Shown here one piece after another: positions 26,231 through 40,266 of a stretch of 64,000 nucleotides of DNA. The notes under the pieces are model-generated. The model searched no databases, was not told the DNA's origin, and saw only the letters and a list, made by a program, of their open reading frames with translations. The position numbers and the translations under genes were made by a program. This stretch comes from the human T2T-CHM13v2.0 reference genome, Homo sapiens: NCBI RefSeq assembly GCF_009914755.1, contig NC_060933.1, one strand, 5' to 3'. How positions within the stretch are numbered: position 1 is the first letter of the stretch; the number at the start of each line of letters is the position of its first letter.

Positions 26231-29200
26231 GTGGGTGCTTGGCCTCTTGTGGGGAGCCTGTGGGGTGTTCAGGGATAGGGGTAGAGGGACCATCTGAGAA
26301 GGATCTCGCTCCTCACAAGGTCTTCTTTGACCTTTCCTGCTCCCTGCAGGCTCACTTGGATATGGGGAGGAGGATAGAGACAGGAGCTGGACCCAAGGCC
26401 CCTTTAGGGCCCAGCTCTGTATGGAGTCCTAACCACTGGCTGGGTGGTGTTTTTGGTGAGATAATCCAGCTAGCTTTCTGTTCTTTTTATCTGGGGAGGG
26501 GCTGTGGGTGTGAGATTGAAAATGCCATGGTTGCTGAGCAGCTGGGAGCAGAGTTTGTATTTTTGCTAACTTTTCCTGCTTCTGACAGGACAGCAGTGCC
26601 CATTCTGCCCCCTGTGCGTGTATGTTGGCACGTGCTCATATGTGAGATCGGGTGTTTTCGTGTATATGTACATATGTATAACTTTCCTCTCCCCTACTGC
26701 TGATGCCTCACTATGGCTCAGGATTCCTTTGGCTTTGGAATCCAACTTTACAGTGAGGGTTTGGCCTCTTAGCCTCCGGTCTTAGAAAGGGGGAAGACTG
26801 GGCCATTATGATCCCATTAGCTCCCCTGAGCCTCTTCTAGAACTGTGATGGGCCATTTTTTCTCATAAAATAGGAATGGGGTTAGGGATGGTGAAGGCAA
26901 GTGATATCTAATCTGGAAGGGAGTTCTGAAATTGTCCTGATTTTAAAAAATCACATAGAGAAGCCCCTCTATTTGTTTTAATGACCAGATTGGACTGTGG
27001 GTCTTGACTCCTCTGACTGGCAGTGCTTAGGTCCCAGGGAGATGCCCAGAGGGGTCCCTGCCCCCCCACCTGCCTGCTAGGGGATCCAGTGTTTTCTCTC
27101 TAGCCCTCCCCCGCTCTCAGGTTCTGCCCTTCAGGCCCCACTCTGTGTTTCCTGCCCTCATGGGGCTGGGAAAAGCAGCCCCTGCGACACTAGCGTCTGG
27201 ATGGCAGAGTGGTGAGACAGAGAGAGCACTGGTTGGGACATCTAGTAGTCCTTGGTCACCCTGGGGCTATGGGCTAGAAGACTGGGCATGCTGGCTGTCA
27301 GAGTGGGGCCAGGAGCAATTGTGGGCTGGACCTAGGGCTCAGGGACTCAGAGTTCAAGATGGTTTCTGTGTTAGAAACCAGTGCAGAATTGAGAGCAGCA
27401 AGCTTTTTGTCAGGTCTGAGCTCAAATCTAGCTCTGTTCCTCTTTAGCTGTGGCTTTTGAGCAAGTCACTGTTCCTCTCTGAGCCTTTATCTCCTAGTCA
27501 GTAAAATAGGATAATGAAATCCAGCGATGGTGCCATGGGAGTGAATAGGATGATGTGTGTGAAGAGCCTGGCTCAGTGTCTGCTGTGCATATTTATCTAG
27601 GAGGTGTTTAATACATGGCAGAATTTGGGGATTACAGTCTAGGCAGGACAGAGGAACAGAAACTAGACAGGAGAGCAGAGGTAAGGGGCTGGCATGGGTG
27701 AGACCTGGGAGCAGTGGCTGTTCCTGCCCTGGACAGGAAAGAGCGAGAACCACCCGCAGGAAGGACAGGCTCTGTCAGAAGCCGCCAAGGCCTCGGGGCA
27801 GGGCTGCTCCTTTCACCTCCAGGTCAGAGCAGGGCTGAGAGCCGGAGGGTGGAGGGGGTGGCACTTCGAGTCTTATCTCCTTGTCTGTAAAATGGGCATA
27901 CTCATTCCCCTAGGGGCTGCAGGGATGGTCAGGTTCTTTGGACACTACCCTCTCAATGTGGTCAGTGATCATGGTGGACAGAGTGTAATTCTGCTTCCTC
28001 CGAGCTAGGAGGTGAGCTTGCCTCCCGGCACCCTCTCCTCTTCCCCTCCTTCACACTCCCATCTGGCTTGGACTGTGGTCTGGGCTGGCACTTCTTAAGC
28101 TGGTGCCCAGGAGGGTGAGGGGCCCCCAGCCCACAGTCCTGCTTGGATGTGGGGTCTGGGTGTGGGAGGAGGAGGCTGTTTTCTTGGAGCACACTCCTCC
28201 CCAGACCCCACTCTCCAGTTACTGCCCCATAACTGGCCATCCAGAGCCCAGGGTGCTGGGATGGGTTTTCTATGCAGGGGGCTTTGGCCCTGGATGGGGT
28301 AGGGGTGGGGAAGTGCTGGATAGGCTTTGGGACCCCAGCTTGTGCTTGGGTTGAGGGTTGGCTTGTGAGGCCCCTAAAAAATCCCCGCTGGTTCCATGGA
28401 GGGGGCCAGGCTCCTGGCGTCTTCCCTGGCCTCAGGCGGGCCCGGCAACTAGTGGCTGCTCCTTTCCCCCAGCTTTCCACACTCGTACCCGCGTTTGTTT
28501 TTCTTTCTTTCTTTCCATTTTTTTCTCTTCCTGTCTTAGCTGCGTGTTTTCCCAGAATTCTTATGGGAACGGGGTATTTTCCTGCCTCCTCCCCCTTCCC
28601 CTTGTCTGTCAGGTTTCCTGTTTTACAAACTTGCTTTGAATCCAGGCCCGGGGCTGGTGGGAAGCAGAGCCTCAGAGGTCCCTGCAGCTTCCAAGGCCCT
28701 TGGTCACTCTGAGCCCCCTCCCACTCACCTTCCTTATGCCTGGCCCTGGGATGGTGGGTAGGTGAATGAGTGCAGGTGCCTAGTCTTGCAGGGACAACCC
28801 TCAAAGGAAGGAGACAGAAGTCTCCTGACAAGGCTTGTGCCCTTGACCTTTTCCAAGCTTGCTGAGCTGGCCTTTGTCTCAACTCACTTGGGACACCCTT
28901 CCCTGTGCCTCACCAGGGCCCACCCCAAGTCCCAGTTTCTCTAGGGGGTCTCTCGGGACCCCTTGAATCCCTTTTCTGATTTGTGCTGCCTTTAGCAGCC
29001 GGAATGGGCTGGCAGACCACCCTGCATCCTCCTGTGTGTGGGACACTGCCAGGCTGTCCTCCCTGCATTAGCCTCTGCTGAGTTCCTACCATGTGCCAAG
29101 CATGGCGTCCATAGTCGGAGCATAAAGGACTGAGAATGGCCCAGTCCTCCTGCTTTTCTTTAGTGCCCGCTGTGCCCTGCTTCACTCTGGAGAGGTTTGT

Positions 29201-30041
29201 GTACCCTCGTGCTCCTCTGGGAACCAGAGACCAAGGCTGCATGCCTCTGTATGTCCACAGAGCCTGGCATGCTGTAGGAGCTCAATAATTGTGTGCCAGT
29301 TTGAAAAGAGCATCCAGATGGCAAGGCCCTCTCATGGACTTCTGAAAGTAGGAGTTGTGGACCTGTCAAGCACATGGGCCTCAGCAGGCACATGAGTCAG
29401 TGGCTAGTTCAGGTTCAGCCAGGAAGCCTATCTGTGACCTTACCTGGGAGTCCTCATGGGATGCCTTGGGGCCCTGGCCACAGATTGGCCCCCAGAACCT
29501 CAGCTCTCTTCCTCTGACCCTTGGCCTGAGATGGAGTGAGTGTGTCCCAGTGTTTCCTCCCCTGTGCTCTGGGAGGGCAGTGACCAGGCTGGCCTTGACT
29601 TTGGGCCCTTAGCACAGGGCCCGCCCCAGGCTAACGCTCTGTGAACCTCTGTGAGAAAGGAAGAAGGGAGCCAGGAAAACAGTGGATCAAAGGTGAGGCT
29701 GAGTCATGCAGTGCTGGTGGGCCCTTGGATCAAGGGCTGGGGCTGCTGGGGCTCAGGATGGCAAAGTTTGCTTTTCCAAGACCTTGTCCATCCCAGGCCC
29801 TCCCCACATCAGCCTGGGTTTACTTGCTGAGCTTTGGGCCTTCCTGCTTGGCCCACAACCCAGTGCTCAAGTTGTCTGGGCTGAGATAGGGACACTGAGG
29901 GGCTGGCTAGCTCCTTTGTGCCTCCAGTTCCCTTGGAGAGGAGGGTGGCTCTTGGCAGGGGTGGGCTGTGGGCTTCCTGACCTTGGGGTAGAGGCAAGAG
30001 CCTCCAGCTTCTGGCAGTGACCGGGCAGGGCTGTGTCCTAG

Positions 30042-30123
30042 ATCACCATCCCGAGGGGAAAGGACGGCTTTGGCTTCACCATCTGCTGCGACTCTCCAGT
30101 TCGAGTCCAGGCCGTGGATTCCG
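30042..30123 (+). CDS. RGS3: RGS3 PDZ exon 1 (ITIPRGKDGFGFTICCDSPVRVQAVDS), phase 0-1
   Basis: acceptor gtgtcctag|ATC, donor CCG|gtaagt, 82 nt; GFGF carboxylate-binding loop. Confidence 0.97.
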
Positions 30124-30987
30124 GTAAGTTATTGACAGGGGGATGCCAACCCCACTTGCCCACCACACATGTGGGCTTTGCAAACATAGTCTGGAACTAA
30201 AAGGGGAGCCCCAAACTGGAGCAAAGTGTCCTGGCTTTTCAAAATGAAAAGAATAATATTTTTAAGTGACCGTAGATGAAACTGCCATTTATGAAAATAT
30301 GCCCACTTTTTTTTTGTTGTTTTTATCAAAATGAAAATAGGTTTTTATATTTTGTTTCCCAATCAGTTTGAACAGGAACTAAACCTATATTTTCAGCAAT
30401 GGCTGCAAGGGAAAATGAGAGTCATTTGTGAACTCTATTTGAAGCTGTTTTGTATCCTATCCAGAGCCTGATCAGCACTTAAAAAGAGCCATCCTTCCCT
30501 ACTTTTCACAAATGAAGATTTCTCTTAATCACAGAGTGAGCATCTCAAAGACAGAAGCCAGGGCTCAGTGGTCAGGGTGTTTCCAGTGCCTACACAAGGG
30601 TGGGCATGAGGTTCGTGCACAATGATTGGCAGAGAAGGAATAAATGTAGTGTGGGAGCCTGGCCCCAGGGAAGGTTCTCAATGGGGTAGGAGGCCCTGGG
30701 GAGGGGTAAGGGCCCGGGTAGAAGGGTGGACTGCAGAGAGGTAAGCCAGCAGTAGGGGAGGTAAGCCAGCAGTAGGGGAGGCAAGCAGGGAGAAGGGAAG
30801 GCAAAGGGATGCCTTCTTTCAAGGCTCTTGAGAGGCACCAAGTTCAGTCCCTCATTTCACGGATGAAGAAACTTAGAGAAAAAGGGAGGTCCTTGTCTGA
30901 GGTCACCATGGCAGCAAAGGACTCCAGATCCTTTGAAGGGGTCTTAGGCTTCAGGGGCCCCTGAATGGCTTTTCTTTGTCCCTGCAG

Positions 30988-31093
30988 GGGGTCCGGCGGA
31001 ACGGGCAGGGCTGCAGCAGCTGGACACGGTGCTGCAGCTGAATGAGAGGCCTGTGGAGCACTGGAAATGTGTGGAGCTGGCCCACGAGATCCG
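30988..31093 (+). CDS. RGS3: RGS3 PDZ exon 2 (GGPAERAGLQQLDTVLQLNERPVEHWKCVELAHEIR), phase 1-2
   Basis: acceptor ttttctttgtccctgcag|GG, donor CCG|gtgaca, 106 nt; PDZ GPA.RAGL...D.V...N motif. Confidence 0.97.
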
Positions 31094-31886
31094 GTGACAG
31101 GGGACAGCGGGTGGCCTGGGGCCTCAGGCTGATGGCACACCCTCCCCACCCCTGGGCACACTGCCTTGCCTGGCCCAGCTCTTGCTGCTCCCTCTTTTGC
31201 CTAGCTGTGAGCAGGCAATTCCTTTTGCTCTTCAAGGAATCTGTTTCTTGGCCTGAGAATGGAAGGTTCAGGCTCAGAGCACTTTTGGATTCCAGAGCAA
31301 ACAGCAGGGAAGATGCTCTCAGACTCTGTGGTTCAGGACGGGGCACCAGGAGGTTGCTTTCTGCTTTAGCTAATTTTTGTTACCTAAGAGCTAAGCCCAT
31401 TTGTTATTTAAGGGCATGAAGATGTTGCAAATGTTTCAATTGCACAATTAAAAAAATATTCTTGAAAACATTGGAGTCTCCCAAATTTTGATCCTCTAGG
31501 GTAAAACCCCGATGGCCCCATTTTAGGTCTGCTTCTGGAATAACCAGATGAGGGCTTGCACTTAGGTGACCTGCTAGCTTTACTTGCTTATATCTTGCTT
31601 TTGATAAGCATCATGGATTGAGTATGGAACTCTTTCCTGTTGAAACTGGCCTGGCCTCAGGGTCCTTCTCAACCACTGCCCGTCAATAGGAATTGACCTA
31701 GGTGACCCATTTGCTGTCTCTTCTTTAAATGGCTTCTTGCATCCCTTCCTGCCCTGACACTGGGGGCTTCCCCTCTGGTGTCTGCCTCCTCTTCCCCCAT
31801 TATCCTCTCTGCCCTGTGGGCCCTCACTCTGGCTGATACTGGCTTTCCCCAGGCTCAACCTGTCTGTGTGATCCCCCACCTTCCAG

Positions 31887-32238
31887 GAGCTGCCCCAGTG
31901 AGATCATCCTACTCGTGTGGCGCATGGTCCCCCAGGTCAAGCCAGGACCAGATGGCGGGGTCCTGCGGCGGGCCTCCTGCAAGTCGACACATGACCTCCA
32001 GTCACCCCCCAACAAACGGGAGAAGAACTGCACCCATGGGGTCCAGGCACGGCCTGAGCAGCGCCACAGCTGCCACCTGGTATGTGACAGCTCTGATGGG
32101 CTGCTGCTCGGCGGCTGGGAGCGCTACACCGAGGTGGCCAAGCGCGGGGGCCAGCACACCCTGCCTGCACTGTCCCGTGCCACTGCCCCCACCGACCCCA
32201 ACTACATCATCCTGGCCCCGCTGAATCCTGGGAGCCAG
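31887..32238 (+). CDS. RGS3: RGS3 PDZ end plus linker exon (SCPSEIILLVWRMVPQVK...YIILAPLNPGSQ), phase 2-0
   Basis: acceptor ccttccag|G, donor CAG|gtacgg, 352 nt; overlaps ORF 31915..32304. Confidence 0.96.
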
Positions 32239-33140
32239 GTACGGACAGCTGGTGTGGGGAAGGTGAAGGGTACTGGGTCCCTGTGGGAGGCCAGGAAGAC
32301 TTGAAGACCCAAAGTTGTGTGATGAGCAGCCTGTGAGGGGCTGCGATGTTGGGCAAGGAGATGGGGTATGTGCTAGCTCTGCCTTCTGCAAGGCTGTTCT
32401 TGGTAGGGAGGACAGATGGGTCTATGTGGCCTCAGGGCACAGATTCAAGACCAGGGCATGCACAGGCTGGAAGATTTCAACTCACAGAAGGAAGAGCTTT
32501 CTACTAGCCTGTGCTTTTCCCCAGTGGAATGGGCTGCCTTGGTAGGTGGTGAGCCCCCATCATAGGAGGTATGAAAGCAGACACTGCATGATTGCATGGT
32601 GGGATGATGGAGTGCGCTCCCCAAAACATTAGTCCCATGAGATGCTCTGGGAAAAAGGTGTTCTGAGGTCAAATAAGCTTGCGACATATCCCATACCCTC
32701 TTCCTCATCTAGGAGATTCTCAATGCAAAGGAGCCTAGTAGAGGCTCTGCTGGCATCCTGTACTACAGCAGGTGTCAACCAAATAACACCGCATTTCCCA
32801 AACTTGCCTAATGGGGGCACACTTTAGGGCGTGGTTGGTACCGTCTTACCATTCCAGTGTTCCCTAGAATGCACTTTGGAACCAGCTGCTGTAAAGGAAG
32901 TTGGGGACTTGCCAAGGGGTTAGGCTTCATGACCCATAAAGCCTCTTTCAACTTGAATATTCTGGGATTTTGTGTTCTCTCCCAGCCTCCTCCCTCAGCT
33001 GGTTACCAGAACTGCTGTTTTTCTCTTGTGCCCTGAGGTGCTCCACTTCCTCTCCCCTGGGGCCCCCGTGTCCAGCAGCCTCCTGGGCTGTCCTGCCCTG
33101 TTCCTGGGGCTGAGGTGGTTTTCCTGTCTTTCCCTTGCAG

Positions 33141-33180
33141 CTGCTCCGGCCTGTGTACCAGGAGGATACCATCCCCGAAG
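33141..33180 (+). CDS. RGS3: RGS3 exon (LLRPVYQEDTIPE), phase 0-1
   Basis: acceptor tctttcccttgcag|CTG, donor AAG|gtgagt, 40 nt. Confidence 0.94.
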
Positions 33181-33603
33181 GTGAGTCTCCTGCTGCTGCT
33201 GTGCCCTCCTAGCTCAGAGAGGCAGCAGGGGTCAGCTGAGGCCTGGCCCAGCCTCCGCCCCTGAGTTCTGAGGCCTTTCCAATGGAGTCAGGTCACTTAG
33301 CCTATCGACACAGACTCTCTTTCCACGTGGTACCTTTTCTCCCTCACGGAACCAATGTCTTTCTTCCTTGAAGCCAGAACTGAGAAGGAGGAGAGGGGAT
33401 CTTACCAGGGCATTTTGAGAGACCGTGTGTCCAGGCCTCAGGCATTCAATTGAGATTCATCCAATTTTACAGAGCAACCGATATATATTAGGTGCCAGAG
33501 GCAATGTGGTTGGGCTTGCATGGAAGGGAGTCAGGGAGCGTGGAGGTGGGAGGTCTTGAGTTGGAGTTCTAGCTATATGACTTTGAGCAAATCATGTCTC
33601 CTT

Positions 33604-33931
<328 letters not shown>

Positions 33932-34536
33932 TTATAAAATGGGGTCAATAATTCCTACCTCAGAGGGTTGTTGGGGGGATCCCATGAGAGAATGGTTATG
34001 AGTAGTTGCCTGTATACTGAGAGAGGCTATACAGAGGGTAGCTGTCTTTGAAGTGCACAGATGTCTCTGCTGCTGGATGGATTCTTCTTCTTTGGCTTTT
34101 AAAATCCTGATCAGGGGTGGAAGCTGAGCTCAAAACCACTTTCTTCTCCCAGGAAGGCTGAGATATTGGTCTTGAGGCTGAAGCTGGCTGGGCATTCCTT
34201 GAGATCCTTCGCGTGCCTGCCAGAAAGCTTTGACTCAGAAGTCCATCTGGTGTCTGGACCGCCTTCCTTGACAGTGGCTTTTGCTTAGCCACTCACAGAC
34301 TTGCTTCCTTGCTGTTCCCCTCTCAGTGGTGTGAAGGCGATGCTTCTAGGGGGTAGTTGGAAAAGTGCTTGTGCCTTTTGCGGGTGTGAAGCGCTCCCAT
34401 CAGGCTCAGGGATGCTGATGGAAGACATCTTCTTTCTCTCCGGTCTGGGGCATTTGGGCAGTTGAGCCTGGTCAGTTGGAAATAAATCTGTGTTCCTTCT
34501 GGGGAGAAGTCCGACAGCAATTCAATGATGAGTTTT

Positions 34537-34897
34537 ATTTTTATTTTTTATTTTTCCATAGATTATTGGGGTACAAGTGGTATTTGGTTACGTAAGATTT
34601 TTAGTGGTGATTTGTGAGATTTTGGTGCACCCATAACCCGAGCAGAATATACTGCACCCCATTCGTAGTCTTTTATCTCTCACCCCCCTCCCATCCTTCC
34701 CCCGAAGTCTGCAAAGTCCATGGTATCATTCTTATGCCTTTGCGTCCTCATAGCTTAGCTCCCATGTATCGTTGAGAACATACAATGTTTGGTTTTCCAT
34801 TCCTGAGTTACTTCACTTAGAAAAATAGTCTCCAATCTCATCCAGGTCGCTGCAAATGCCGTTAATTCATTCCCTTTTATGGCTGAGTAGTATTCCA
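34537..34897 (-). mobile_element. 5'-truncated L1PB-type 3' end
   Basis: ttattggggtacaagtggtatttggttac...tttatggctgagtagtattccat; 15-bp TSD tcaatgatgagtttt at 34522-34536 and 34898-34912. Confidence 0.88.
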
Positions 34898-37486
34898 TCA
34901 ATGATGAGTTTTTAAAAAGCTTTTGGTTGGCACATTAGGTTAGAGTGGAGATGCTGCAGCTAAGTAGGGACTTCATTAGGGTCAAGGCCTGGGCCTGGCT
35001 TATTTCTGTAGGTCCAGTGCAGGACCCAGGGCCTGGCGGATGGCAGATACTCAGTAGAATTTTGGTTGTGTGACTGACTGAAGGAGAACGACTTGGGTTG
35101 CCTCTGAGGCTTTGGAGTCTGGTCGTGGAGGAGGGGGGCTGGAGAAGTGTGCTGCCTGGAGTGGGCCCATGCACACAGGCTGGTGTCTGGGGTTGATTCC
35201 TTCTCAGTTGAGAGGTACTTCTGTGTCTCCCTTCTGTGCTCCCAGCCTGTATCCATGTTTCATTCCCCTCTGAGAGTATAATACATAGTAAGTCAGCAAG
35301 AGCACAGTTATCTAAGCCATGGGGAAAGGGACAAGTGAGGAAATGATGATGATATTAATAACCATGCTAGCTCTTTGAATGCATTGTATTAAGATCCTGA
35401 CCTTACTTTATGTATTCTTCATAATAATAAATCTTCACTCTTTACCAGGGATCAAGTCTTTGTAGCTCACAATTTTAGGATTCAGAGGAAAGGGTGAAAT
35501 TCAGGGCACACAATTTCCCTTAAACACACTTGGGATTGTCCAGAGGTTAAGGCTGTCACCAGGGTGCTGGCTTCTTAGTCCCCCTCCTCTGGCTGGGCTG
35601 CCAAGAGATAGCCCTTCAGGAGTGTTGGGTCATCCTGAGTTGAATAGGAGGGAGAGTTAAGCCATCCTGAGTTGAATAGGGTCTGGTGCCCTTCCGGAGC
35701 CCAGAGTGCCTGCCCGGCTGTGGTTGGCATGTTTCCCAGGGCTGCTGGTGCCCTTGGCATTGTCCCTGCCCTGTAAAGGTGACCTGGCCTCAGATTCGCC
35801 ACTGCCAGGGCAGGGTGGCTGCCAGGGCTCGCCTCAGAATCTGGGAGCAAAGCCCTGTAATTACTGTATTTGGTCGGTGAAGCAGGTGTTGGAGGAGAAA
35901 AGGGTGATATGGGGGTTTGGACCAGACATCGGTAGCAGGTGGGAAGTAAATGAGTTTGCCTTCACAGAGCTCAGTAACTGGGTTGCAAGCTGTACTGTTC
36001 TAAAAAAAAAAAAAAATCAGTTTTACAGAGCCACTCCCACTAGCCACATATTATCCAGGGGTGGGTGGAGATTGGGCACAAGGGCATGACTGCTGCATAG
36101 GTTGGGTTAATCCTGCCTTGTATAATTTACTAGCCAAATGACCAGTCACCCTACCATTCCAGACCTCAGTTTCCTTGTCTACAAAATGGGGCTGAGCCGA
36201 CTTTTCCTCTCTGAAGGCAGAATTATGTGTTGGGTACTTCAGGTGAGGCCCTTGGTGAGGATTCTGTGACAGCCCTGGGCCCCTGGGCTAGAGAAGGGAA
36301 GAAATCAATTTTTTAAGAAGTCCGAGACTGGGGGCCCAGGACCCAGATTTTGGCATTTACAGTTGGTACCCATCTTTACTTTTGGTCTATTTTGTTCCAG
36401 TCATCTGCTTGTCAGTCCTGCATGGTTTTGCCTTCTCTGCTGTAGGCTTAACCATGTTAAATTAGACTGTCTAGATCCAGGCTGGCCATGGGGTTTCATT
36501 CACAGCATGGTTTGAGACCGAGCAGCCCTGCCTATCCTTCTACTAACCCTGGTAGGTGGATTACTTGGAGGCTTAGGATTTGTGATAATCCCCTGACTAC
36601 TCACACTGTGGTACAATCCACCAAGCTCTTTTCCATCAGGTCTCTTGTGTGAACCTCCCACTGGCCCTGGGGCAAGCGAGGCAGCAATCAGTATTATCTC
36701 CACTTCAAAGTGGAGAAAACTTTGATTCAGAGAAGGAAGGAAGCTGTTCAGGGTTACACAGACTGTCTCTGACTTGGGAAGTCAGTGATCAAGCTCGGGT
36801 GTCTTATCCAACTCAAATTCAGTGATGATCTTGAGACTGAGGATGGTGCTTTAAACAAAGGGTCCAGGGCCTGGCAGCACACATCCCTCTGGGACTGATA
36901 TGTAGGGCCAGATCAGACAAGGAGCTATGTGACATCTTCCTTGTATCTGTTCCTCCTGTGCCCATCCAGGGCTCATGCTCATTCTACTCCTCTCTCCGTG
37001 ACTCACAGAAGAGGCAGGAAGTGGTTTGAGTTATCATGGTTTGAGCGCTGCCCCCAGATTTGTCTATGATCAGTGGTCACTTGTCAGGGGCACGGGGGGA
37101 GTCAACTTGTTTTTCTTACCTTGCTTGGTGAGAAGGGGCTGGGGGTGGGAGGAGGAAGCAAGTGTGAAACCTTCTGAGGTGAGTTTTATCTCCGAGGCTG
37201 TGGGTGCGCGTTGGTGGGGAGCTTCCCTGAGGTATAGCTGGGGTCAGGCCACCTGTTCCCCCCTCGCTGCCAGGGCTGCTGGCAGCAGAAGACAGCCTGC
37301 ACCCAGGACCCAGGCTGGGCACCCAGGTCAGTGAGGACCTGGTAGTTGCCCATACAGTAGCAGGAATGCCTTAGAAGGGGCCCAGGAGTGTGTGGAGCCT
37401 GACTGCTTTGGAGTTTCCCTCCCACCTGCTTGGTCCAGGAACCCCTGACTTTTTAGCGACTTTGTGTTTTGTCCCTCTGCCTACTA

Positions 37487-37826
<340 letters not shown>

Positions 37827-39057
37827 CGTGTGCACCACCCCTTGTTCAGGGTGAGGGGTGTGTGTCCATCAGTGTCCCCTTAAAGAGGGACCCCTCCCCC
37901 CACACCGCCGTTGCAGCCTCTGCTGTCCTTCCTGGGGGTGGTCTTGTTTCTCTGTTTCTCTCTCTCTCTCCTTATGATTAGAATGATTTGTGAGTTGGTG
38001 GCCAAGCCGGAGTACCTCCTGGGTACAGTGAAGCCTGGGATTCCCAGAGTCCTATGGGGCACCTGACTCCCAAACTTGCTTTTCCAAGTGGAGAAATCAC
38101 AACAACGAAACAACACTGAGTTTGCAGCTAACTTTTATCACACACTTACTAGGTCCCAGGCACTGTTCTAAAGACTCTAAGTGAACTTAGAGTATTTCAT
38201 TTAATCTTCACTGTAACCCAGTGAGCTTGGCACTATTGTTACAGTTGAGGAAATCAAGACTCTGAGGGTGAAATAAGTTGCCCAAGCTCACTGAGCTGGT
38301 AAGCAGGGGAGCAGGATTTGAGCACAGCCACCTGGCTTTGAAGCTTGTGCGCTTTCCTGTGACCTGGGGCAGCAAGTGCCACTCCTTATTCTAGACTGAC
38401 TGGAGTGGGCCAGGCTGCTCTAGCTCCCTTGGCTACAGAGGGAGGACTCCAGTACATCCTGGGAAAGCCTTTGGTCTCCGCTGCCACTGCTGCAGAGAGT
38501 GGATTTTTGTCTGTGGGGCAGGGAGGGAGGAAACAGATTGGGCTGGGCTGAGCTTGTGCAGGGAGTAGTGGGAATGGTGTGGGGGTCTGTTAAGGAGAGC
38601 GCGTACCCTGCCACACAGGCTGGTCACCACTCTGCTCCAACTGATTGTTCCACGTGGGACTGTGGGCTCAGTGAGGACAGATCTTCTGATTTTTCAAATA
38701 TGAGCGATTTCTTGATTTTTAAAAGACTGAGGCCAAAATGGAAATTCTGATCCGGGGCCTGGGTCAGCAGGTGGAGTGTGCTGCCTCCATCATAGCTGGT
38801 GGTGCCCAGCGCTGTGCTAGCCCTGGACTTGCTTGCTCACGTGTCAACGTCTCTCACTAGAGTGCGAGGGAATTCCTTGAAGCCCGAGCCCATGTGAAGC
38901 CTCCCTGTGTTTCAGCATCGTGCGCAGGGCCTGGCACAAAGTAGCTGCTCAGAAAGTGGTTGTTGACGGAATGAGTCCGTGTCCCCTGTTTCTACAGAGG
39001 GGACACCTTTGCAGGAGTGACGGAAATGTCTCATAGTCCCCCATCTCTGTTTCACAG

Positions 39058-39254
39058 AATCAGGGAGTCCCAGTAAAGGGAAGTCCTACACAGGCCTGGG
39101 GAAGAAGTCCCGGCTGATGAAGACAGTGCAGACCATGAAGGGCCACGGGAACTACCAAAACTGCCCGGTTGTGAGGCCGCATGCCACGCACTCAAGCTAT
39201 GGCACCTACGTCACCCTGGCCCCCAAAGTCCTGGTGTTCCCTGTCTTTGTTCAG
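39058..39254 (+). CDS. RGS3: RGS3 exon (ESGSPSKGKSYTGLGKKSRLMKTVQTMKGHGNYQ...PKVLVFPVFVQ), phase 1-0
   Basis: acceptor ctctgtttcacag|AA, donor CAG|gtgagc, 197 nt. Confidence 0.96.
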
Positions 39255-39735
39255 GTGAGCCCGTGGCTGGTCTTAAAGGTTCCCTCAGGAGGAACGGAGA
39301 AAGAGGAGGGCCCTTGCCCCAGGACTCAGGGATGATGACTTATCCCAGGACTGAGGGCCCTGTTTTGGGAAAGATAAGTAGCTTTAGATGCATAGGATTC
39401 TAGGGGCTTATACTGAGGGAGCAGAGATTTCCAGGGAGATACACAGGAAAAAGTGAGGCCGGGATAGCCCAGTAAGGAAAGGGTCCTCTCCTTCCCCCAC
39501 CTCGCCTCCCCTTTCTCTGGGGAAAGGGCAGGTGCACCCCAGCTGCTTGTTGCCATGTCACAGGGACTGTTTGCCAAAGCTCCCGCTCCCTGGCTCACCC
39601 AGTGGTTTTTTATTTGAAAATAACTGAGGGAGACCCTTGGGGTCTGTGCCTTATCTGCTCTCCCTGGTCTCTGCAAACAAGTTTGGCCTGTATTCACTGG
39701 TGGCCTGCGATTCACTAGATCGCTCTTATTCTCCA

Positions 39736-39887
39736 ACGTCAAACAAAGTGCTTGAAGAAAGATAATGAAACAAACAGCAAGCTGGGCCTGAAATCCCAGC
39801 TACTTGGGAGGCTGAGATGGAAGGATCGTTTGAGGCCAGGAGTTCGAGGTTACAATGAGCTGTGATCATAACCCTGCACTCCAGCCT
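39736..39887 (+). repeat. inverted duplicate arm 1 (unique flank plus Alu monomer)
   Basis: reverse complement of 41340-41491, including ~50 bp of non-Alu sequence. Confidence 0.85.
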
Positions 39888-39948
39888 CTTCTTCTTCCCC
39901 CTTTTCCTCCCCATTTATCTCTCCTTCTCTTTAAAAATAACCTTTATT

Positions 39949-40266
<318 letters not shown>

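Noticed and set aside
25999-26703. 234-aa ORF across the PDZ-RGS3 first exon
   Set aside because: Non-ATG start, out of frame with RGS3 and runs through the donor into the intron
27962-28882. Longest ORF (306 aa, minus strand)
   Set aside because: Antisense intronic, GC-rich and low-complexity, with no recognisable domain or exon structure; expected by chance
31853-31886. Upstream acceptor ggctttccccag, 34 nt before the PDZ end exon
   Set aside because: Would cause a frameshift and has no further support from the sequence alone
32239-32304. Read-through of exon 31887-32238 (VRTAGVGKVKGTGSLWEARKT*) as a terminal exon
   Set aside because: No nearby poly(A) signal; nothing beyond an ordinary open intron start
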